Positions 58,457-64,000 of a stretch of 64,000 bases of DNA are shown piece by piece. A program made the translations under genes and the position numbers. The notes beneath the pieces are model-generated. The model was not told where the DNA came from. It ran no database searches and saw only the letters and a list, made by a program, of their open reading frames with translations. Position 1 is the first letter of the stretch. Every line of letters starts with the position of its first letter. The stretch is from Tubiluchus corallicola (lineage: Eukaryota; Animalia; Priapulida), in the NCBI GenBank assembly GCA_030141605.1, contig JAQGDQ010002369.1:62001-126000 (forward strand), written 5' to 3'.

Positions 58457-59056
58457 TTAGAGTGGTTTTCTGGAATGTTTAAGAAATTGAACGATGCGAA
58501 GAAAGCTGGTAAAGAAAACTAGTAGAGAAAAAGCGATGCTGAAAAGCTCGAATCGATGGGGAAGTAGGATCATTAGCCCAAAAAAGAAAAAAGCCTCAGA
58601 CCGTTCGATCAGACCGGGACTATAGTGGAAGCTCTTTTCTGAATCATTCTTAGAAAAAACTCCGACTACAAGAAACGAAGTAATACAAAGCAAGATGCTT
58701 CCGAGCATGAGGATGCATAAAAGGCCTCGATGGATGGGATCAATAAGAAACAGACCGAGAATCACACTCCATTCCACCAATCGGTCGGAAACGATATCTA
58801 AAACAGCTCCCGTATCCGATGTCAGGTTTTGAATTCTTGCAACACTACCATCCAATGTATCGAAATATCCTGAAATAAGAAGACAGACCAGGGCGATCCA
58901 TGGCATGCCAAGCCAGAGGAAGACCCCAGTCATAACACCGATGAAACAGCCTGTTAGAGTAAGTGATTGGGGTGAGAGTTTTTTGATAAACGGAGATTGA
59001 AGAACTGGATCGACAAATACCTTTTGATAAGACTCTCGAAAGTAACTGTCGATCAT
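58457..59056 (-). CDS. CDP-alcohol phosphatidyltransferase family protein
   Basis: DTLDGSVAR..G..LDIVSDR; start MIDSY. Confidence 0.88.
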   Translation of the reverse strand: MIDSYFRESYQKVFVDPVLQSPFIKKLSPQSLTLTGCFIGVMTGVFLWLGMPWIALVCLLISGYFDTLDGSVARIQNLTSDTGAVLDIVSDRLVEWSVILGLFLIDPIHRGLLCILMLGSILLCITSFLVVGVFSKNDSEKSFHYSPGLIERSEAFFFFGLMILLPHRFELFSIAFSLLVFFTSFLRIVQFLKHSRKPL

Positions 59057-59784
59057 TTCTTTTCTCGCAATTTTTTTCTGATTTTTTTGACGACGATAGG
59101 GATCAAAGCAAGGATTCCAAGAGCAATGAGGGCGATACGGATTTGCCAATTGAAGATGGCACCGATCGAAAACTCACCCTCTGTGTCAAGGATGGCTCCC
59201 AAACCGGAGCCTGCTTGAGTAAAGACAAAAGATCCGGGGATGATTCCTAAAAAAGTCGTCCAGACAAACGTAAACAGTCCAACACCAAAGAACGCAGGCG
59301 CCAAATTTACAAGCCAGAAGGGGAAAAGGGGAACCAATCGTAAGAAAAACATGTAGCTGATCGCATTTTCACGAAATCCTTCTTCCATTTTATGCAGTAG
59401 GGCTCCCGCTTTCTTTTTTAGAAATTCCCCAAAAGCTGTTCTTGCAGCAAGAAAGATAATGGAAGCGCCGGTCGTTGCCCCTACCGCGACATAAATAGTC
59501 GATAGAGGCTGCATGAACAAGAATCCCCCAATCAAAGAGAGGAGGGCTGCTCCAGGAATGGAAAGGGCCACCATGACAATATAAAGAACGATATAGATCA
59601 GTGATGTCAAAAAGAAATGCTTCTGAACATAGCTGAGCAATACATTTCTGTTAGCTTTTAGATTGTCAAAAGTAACGAGATCCCGAAGAGGGGTAAACCA
59701 GGCGATCACCATCAATACGATGATGACGAGAAGAGGAATGAATCGAGTCCAAGAAATTTTACTTTTTTTCTTTTCGCTTTCCAT
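59053..59784 (-). CDS. TVP38/TMEM64 (DedA) membrane protein
   Basis: SIPG, GATTGA, LRLVPLFPF, GIIPG. Confidence 0.88.
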   Translation of the reverse strand: MESEKKKSKISWTRFIPLLVIIVLMVIAWFTPLRDLVTFDNLKANRNVLLSYVQKHFFLTSLIYIVLYIVMVALSIPGAALLSLIGGFLFMQPLSTIYVAVGATTGASIIFLAARTAFGEFLKKKAGALLHKMEEGFRENAISYMFFLRLVPLFPFWLVNLAPAFFGVGLFTFVWTTFLGIIPGSFVFTQAGSGLGAILDTEGEFSIGAIFNWQIRIALIALGILALIPIVVKKIRKKLREKK

Positions 59785-61213
59785 TCCTTCCAAAGAATTT
59801 CAATATTGAAGGTAAAATGGTCTTCGTCAACCAAAGGTCAGCTGCTTTTCGGATACCTTGGTTGTATGTTGGATAGGGATGGATGATCTGGGCTAGTTTT
59901 TTGAGAGGGAACTTCGCGTGAATGGCAACCGAAATCTCAAGGAGCATTTCACCGGAACGGGGGCCTATGATCGTCGCGCCTAAAATTTGCGAACTCCATT
60001 TTTTTGTAACGATGATGATCATTCCTTCCGTCCGTCCCTGGCATATAGCCCGGTCGACTTCTGAAAAGGGAATTTTATAGGTAGCAACACCATAGTCTCC
60101 AAATTGTTCGATGGCATCTTTTTCTAAAAGCCCAATACTGGCAATCTCAGGATCGGTAAAGGTAGCTCGGGGAATGGGCTGCCTCTTATCAAGACGCTTC
60201 ATAAAAGGTCCCGGTAAAAGTAAAGAGGTCAAAACGGCTCGTCCATGGTTTTCTGCACGATGAGTGAAGTAGGGAGGGCCCACGATATCTCCGACAGCAA
60301 AAATATTGGAACTGCTCGTACGTGCATAGTTATCGATCCAAATCCCATTGTCTGAGCACTTTACTTTTGCTGCTTCCAGTTCGAGTCCCTCTACATTGGG
60401 TCTTCTTCCAACCGAGATGAGCAATTGGTCTCCCTTGATTTCTTTAGTCTTTCCTTCCTGTTCAATGTGAAGGGTAAATTCCTGATTCGAAAAGCCGACT
60501 TTCTTTGTTTCAGCATTCATTTCAAAGGCAACGCCATCTTTTTTCATCGCTTCCATGAGGATTGTAGAGGCCTCTTCAGGTTCTCGTGCCAAAAGCTGGG
60601 AGTGTTTATGGATTAAGATGACTTGCGACCCAATCCGTTGAAAGGCCTGTGCTAATTCGCAGCCAATGGGACCTCCTCCTAAAATAATAAGCCGGTTGGG
60701 AACGGATTTTAGATCGAAAACGGTTTCATTAGTCAAGTAGGGGGTTTCATTCAAGCCGTCAATCGAAGGAACGAAAGGATGGGATCCTGTGGCGATGATG
60801 ATCTTTTTCCCATGAACTTCCTGTTGCTTTCCGTCAGCATCTGTTGCGACAAGGGTATGAGGGTCTTTGAAGGACGCTTTTGCTGTAATAGTATCGATGC
60901 CATGTTTTTTTAGAGCTTCGGCATCTTCATGGGAACGAATAAAAGAGACGATTTTCCTGACTCTTTTCAAGACTGGATCAGACTGCTCTTTTGCTCCCGT
61001 TAACTCGATTCCTACATCGGAAGCACTTTTAATATGATGCGCGGTATCTGCAGAGGTAATCAGAGATTTGCTGGGAACACACCCGAAATTGGTGCAGTCT
61101 CCCCCATAATTTCCCCGCTCGATCATGAGGGTTTTTTTCCCGGCTTTCGCACAACCTATGGCTACGACAAGCCCACCGGCTCCAGCACCAATTACGATAA
61201 CATCATACTTCAT
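59759..61213 (-). CDS. Pyridine nucleotide-disulfide oxidoreductase (LpdA/MerA-like)
   Basis: GAGAGG, GGDCTNFGCVPSK, GGGPIG, HPYPT; no MerA C-terminal Cys pair. Confidence 0.85.
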   Translation of the reverse strand: MKYDVIVIGAGAGGLVVAIGCAKAGKKTLMIERGNYGGDCTNFGCVPSKSLITSADTAHHIKSASDVGIELTGAKEQSDPVLKRVRKIVSFIRSHEDAEALKKHGIDTITAKASFKDPHTLVATDADGKQQEVHGKKIIIATGSHPFVPSIDGLNETPYLTNETVFDLKSVPNRLIILGGGPIGCELAQAFQRIGSQVILIHKHSQLLAREPEEASTILMEAMKKDGVAFEMNAETKKVGFSNQEFTLHIEQEGKTKEIKGDQLLISVGRRPNVEGLELEAAKVKCSDNGIWIDNYARTSSSNIFAVGDIVGPPYFTHRAENHGRAVLTSLLLPGPFMKRLDKRQPIPRATFTDPEIASIGLLEKDAIEQFGDYGVATYKIPFSEVDRAICQGRTEGMIIIVTKKWSSQILGATIIGPRSGEMLLEISVAIHAKFPLKKLAQIIHPYPTYNQGIRKAADLWLTKTILPSILKFFGRNGKRKEKK

Positions 61214-61295
61214 AGGTAAAGAATACATCAGACTAGCATGCAAAAGTCTATAAAAATTTGCTTTTCAGTGGAACATTCGATTGGTATAAGAAGAA

Positions 61296-61345
61296 GAACC
61301 TCTCCGAACCAAGAATCGACAGAAATTTATTATTTGGATAGGTTC
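61296..61345. repeat. Short relative of the 24832 element
   Basis: GAACCTCTCCGAA...TTTGGATAGGTTC ends. Confidence 0.5.
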
Positions 61346-61350
61346 ATTAT

Positions 61351-64000
61351 ATGTCCAAAAAAACTGCTGAAGGAAAACGTCTAGAAGAAAATCGGGAGAA
61401 GGTCCGTCGCTGGTCCCGATGGGGTCCTTATTTGACCGAAAGGCAATGGGGAACAGTTCGTGAGGACTACAGTGCTGATGGTTCTGCGTGGAAGAATTTC
61501 CCTTATGAACAGGCTCCCTTCCGAGCGTACCGATGGGGCGAAGACGGAATAGGGGGTATTTCTGACAACCACCAAAGAGTTTGCTTTGCGCCTGCCTTTT
61601 GGAATGGAAAAGATCCAATTCTGAAAGAAAGGCTTTTCGGTTTGGCCGGCGGGGAAGGAAATCATGGAGAGGACATTAAGGAATATTATTTCTACCTCGA
61701 CAATACTCCGACCCATTCCTACATGAAATATCTTTATAAATATCCTCATGAAAAATTTCCCGAGTTTGAACTGCGTAAAGAAGCAATGGCCAGAGGAACG
61801 AAAGAACCCGAGTATGAACTTCTTGAAACAGGAGTATTTCATGACAGTGATTTCTATGACATTTTCATCGAGTATGCAAAAGCAAATGATGAAGATGATT
61901 TTTTGATCAATATTCATGTATTCAACCGCTCAAAAAAGAAAGGAAAAATTCATGTCCTGCCCACGATTTGGTTTCGAAATACATGGAGCTGGGGACGTGC
62001 TGAAAAAAATATGTCCCTCAAGCACCAGGATAATAAGATCGAGATAGATCATCCTACGTTAGGGAAGCGGTATTTGTATTTCGAAGATGATCTCGAGCTT
62101 CTTTTTACGGAAAATGAAACGAATAACAAAAAGCTCTACGGTGAGAAAAACAAGACGCCCTTTGTTAAGGATGCTTTTCATGAATATGTCATCCATGATC
62201 GAAAGGATGCCGTTAACCCCGAAAAGGTAGGAACAAAGGCGGCCGTTCATCACATCCTGGAGCTGGAAGGGAAAAAAGATCATTCCATACGCCTTCGCCT
62301 CACAAAAGAACCTTCGCTTTCGACTCCTTTCAAACAGTTTGATTCTTTGATGAAGCAAAGACAAAAAGAGGCGGACGAGTTTTATCATTCCTTTCAGCCG
62401 GAAAATTTGTCTGCTGATAGAAAAGACATACAGAGACAGGCCTTTGCAGGACTTCTGTGGAGTAAACAATTTTATCATTTTGTCGTTGAAGAGTGGTTGG
62501 AAGGGGATGACCCTAAACAACCACCCCCCGAATCGAGGAAACAGGGAAGAAATGCAAACTGGATCCATGTTTACAATGATGACATTCTGTCTGTGCCCGA
62601 TAAATGGGAGTATCCCTGGTTTGCTTCCTGGGACACAGCTTTTCATACGATTCCGCTAGCTATTGTCGATCCTGAATTTGCCAAAAAGCAGCTAACTCTT
62701 CTTACCCGTGAATGGTATATGCATCCCAACGGACAGATTCCTTCTTACGAGTGGAATTTTTCCGATGTCAATCCTCCTGTTCAAGCCTGGGCTGCCTGGA
62801 GGATTTATAAAATTGAGCAAAAGAAATTTGGTAGAGAAGACAAAACATTTTTGGCATCGATTTTTCAAAAGCTCCTTCTCTATTTCACCTGGTGGGTGAA
62901 TCGAAAAGATGCTGAAGGAAAAAACGTTTTCCAGGGAGGATTTTTAGGTCTCGATAATGTGAGTATTTTCAACCGTAGCGATGAACTTCCTTTGGGCGGA
63001 AGCCTTACACAATCTGATGCGACGAGCTGGATGGGGATGTTTTGTCTGAATATGTGGACGATCGCCATGGAACTGGCCCAGACCGATTCTTCCTATGAGG
63101 ATATGGCGAGCAAATTCTTTGAGCATTTTCTCTATATTGCTGATGCGATCAACTATTCCCGGAAAAGAGACATGCCAACTCTTTGGAATGAAGAAGAAGG
63201 CTTTTATTTTGATCTGTTGCACTCAGTAGACGGCTCTCACATGCATTTGAAAATCCACTCTATAGTAGGTCTCATTCCTCTTCTTGCTGTGGCAACATTG
63301 GAAGAAGATCAACTCGATCGGATGAAAGGATTTAAAAGACGATTCGAATGGTTTTTGAACAACCGTCATGATCTTTGCCAGGAAGTGGCATCACTGCGAA
63401 AAGTCGGTGTGCATCATCGAAGAATTCTCTCTTTAGTGAATCAGGATCAGTTGAAAAAGATTCTATCAAAAATGCTCGATGAAAAGGAATTCTTCAGTCC
63501 TCATGGGATCCGGTCCCTTTCTCTCTTTCATAAGGATAACCCTCTTGTTCTGCCTTGCGGCGATCATTCTCTTCAAATCTCATATGAACCGGGAGAGTCA
63601 ACAGAAGCTCTTTTTGGTGGAAATTCCAACTGGAGAGGCCCCGTATGGTTCCCTCTGAATTTTCTACTGATCGAAGCATTGCAAAAGTTTCATCACTATT
63701 ATGGTGATGAATTCAAAGTCGAATGCCCGACAGGATCGGGAAATATGGTGACTCTCTGGGATGCTGCCGGTGAGATTGCCAGACGCCTTATTACTCTTTT
63801 TGAAAGAGATAAAGAAGGGAATAGGCCATTTGACGGAGAAGTTACGACCTTTCAGAAAGATCCTCTTTGGAAAGATTATATTCTATTTAATGAGTATTTC
63901 GATGGAGATACCGGCAAAGGTCTGGGAGCAAACCATCAGACTGGCTGGACGGCCCTAGTTGCCAAACTCATCCAGCAATATGGTGAACCAGGCGATCATC
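61351..64000 (+). CDS. GH63/MGH1-like glucosidase; runs off window end (absent from ORF track)
   Basis: WGPYLTERQWGTVREDYS, PDKWEYPWFASWD, NSNWRGPVW, GLGANHQTGWT. Confidence 0.9.
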   Translation, partial: MSKKTAEGKRLEENREKVRRWSRWGPYLTERQWGTVREDYSADGSAWKNFPYEQAPFRAYRWGEDGIGGISDNHQRVCFAPAFWNGKDPILKERLFGLAGGEGNHGEDIKEYYFYLDNTPTHSYMKYLYKYPHEKFPEFELRKEAMARGTKEPEYELLETGVFHDSDFYDIFIEYAKANDEDDFLINIHVFNRSKKKGKIHVLPTIWFRNTWSWGRAEKNMSLKHQDNKIEIDHPTLGKRYLYFEDDLELLFTENETNNKKLYGEKNKTPFVKDAFHEYVIHDRKDAVNPEKVGTKAAVHHILELEGKKDHSIRLRLTKEPSLSTPFKQFDSLMKQRQKEADEFYHSFQPENLSADRKDIQRQAFAGLLWSKQFYHFVVEEWLEGDDPKQPPPESRKQGRNANWIHVYNDDILSVPDKWEYPWFASWDTAFHTIPLAIVDPEFAKKQLTLLTREWYMHPNGQIPSYEWNFSDVNPPVQAWAAWRIYKIEQKKFGREDKTFLASIFQKLLLYFTWWVNRKDAEGKNVFQGGFLGLDNVSIFNRSDELPLGGSLTQSDATSWMGMFCLNMWTIAMELAQTDSSYEDMASKFFEHFLYIADAINYSRKRDMPTLWNEEEGFYFDLLHSVDGSHMHLKIHSIVGLIPLLAVATLEEDQLDRMKGFKRRFEWFLNNRHDLCQEVASLRKVGVHHRRILSLVNQDQLKKILSKMLDEKEFFSPHGIRSLSLFHKDNPLVLPCGDHSLQISYEPGESTEALFGGNSNWRGPVWFPLNFLLIEALQKFHHYYGDEFKVECPTGSGNMVTLWDAAGEIARRLITLFERDKEGNRPFDGEVTTFQKDPLWKDYILFNEYFDGDTGKGLGANHQTGWTALVAKLIQQYGEPGDH

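Noticed and set aside
59759-61213. Mercuric reductase merA
   Set aside because: No C-terminal Cys pair, no NmerA domain, no mer genes
61265-63958. Short ORFs listed in the track across 61-64 kb
   Set aside because: Shadows of the long plus-strand GH63 gene that lacks a stop in the window

Overview
A 64-kb chromosomal segment, most likely from an environmental Chlamydiota genome. Markers: SWIB-domain protein next to ispD/truA, CtcB/CtcC-type sigma54 two-component pair, UGP3-like UGPase, tRNA-Arg(TCG), Inc/effector-like orphans. Housekeeping blocks (recO, hpf, truA, ispD, frameshifting prfB, yebC, pabB/pabC) alternate with accessory material. Accessory parts: a biotin islet (bioB-F-D-A plus a BioE-like diiron protein, with a divergent wHTH-DUF6314-like gene) bounded by decayed tRNA-Arg copies; a sugar porter-phosphoketolase-acetate kinase-glucan phosphorylase module facing a P3A H+-ATPase; a Maf-MORN-Maf glycosyltransferase operon hit by a palindromic MITE; a Fic gene; a wHTH-nucleotidyltransferase TA-like pair; and putative host-directed effectors (OGFr-like, GT34, RING-like, YopT-like). 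The most unusual signal is an orphan coiled-coil gene (37262-38239) whose 5' and 3' UTRs can base-pair through three nested helices, enclosing the whole ORF in one RNA structure. No CRISPR array, rRNA, integrase or transposase was seen. All calls are from motif recognition by eye; no searches were run.
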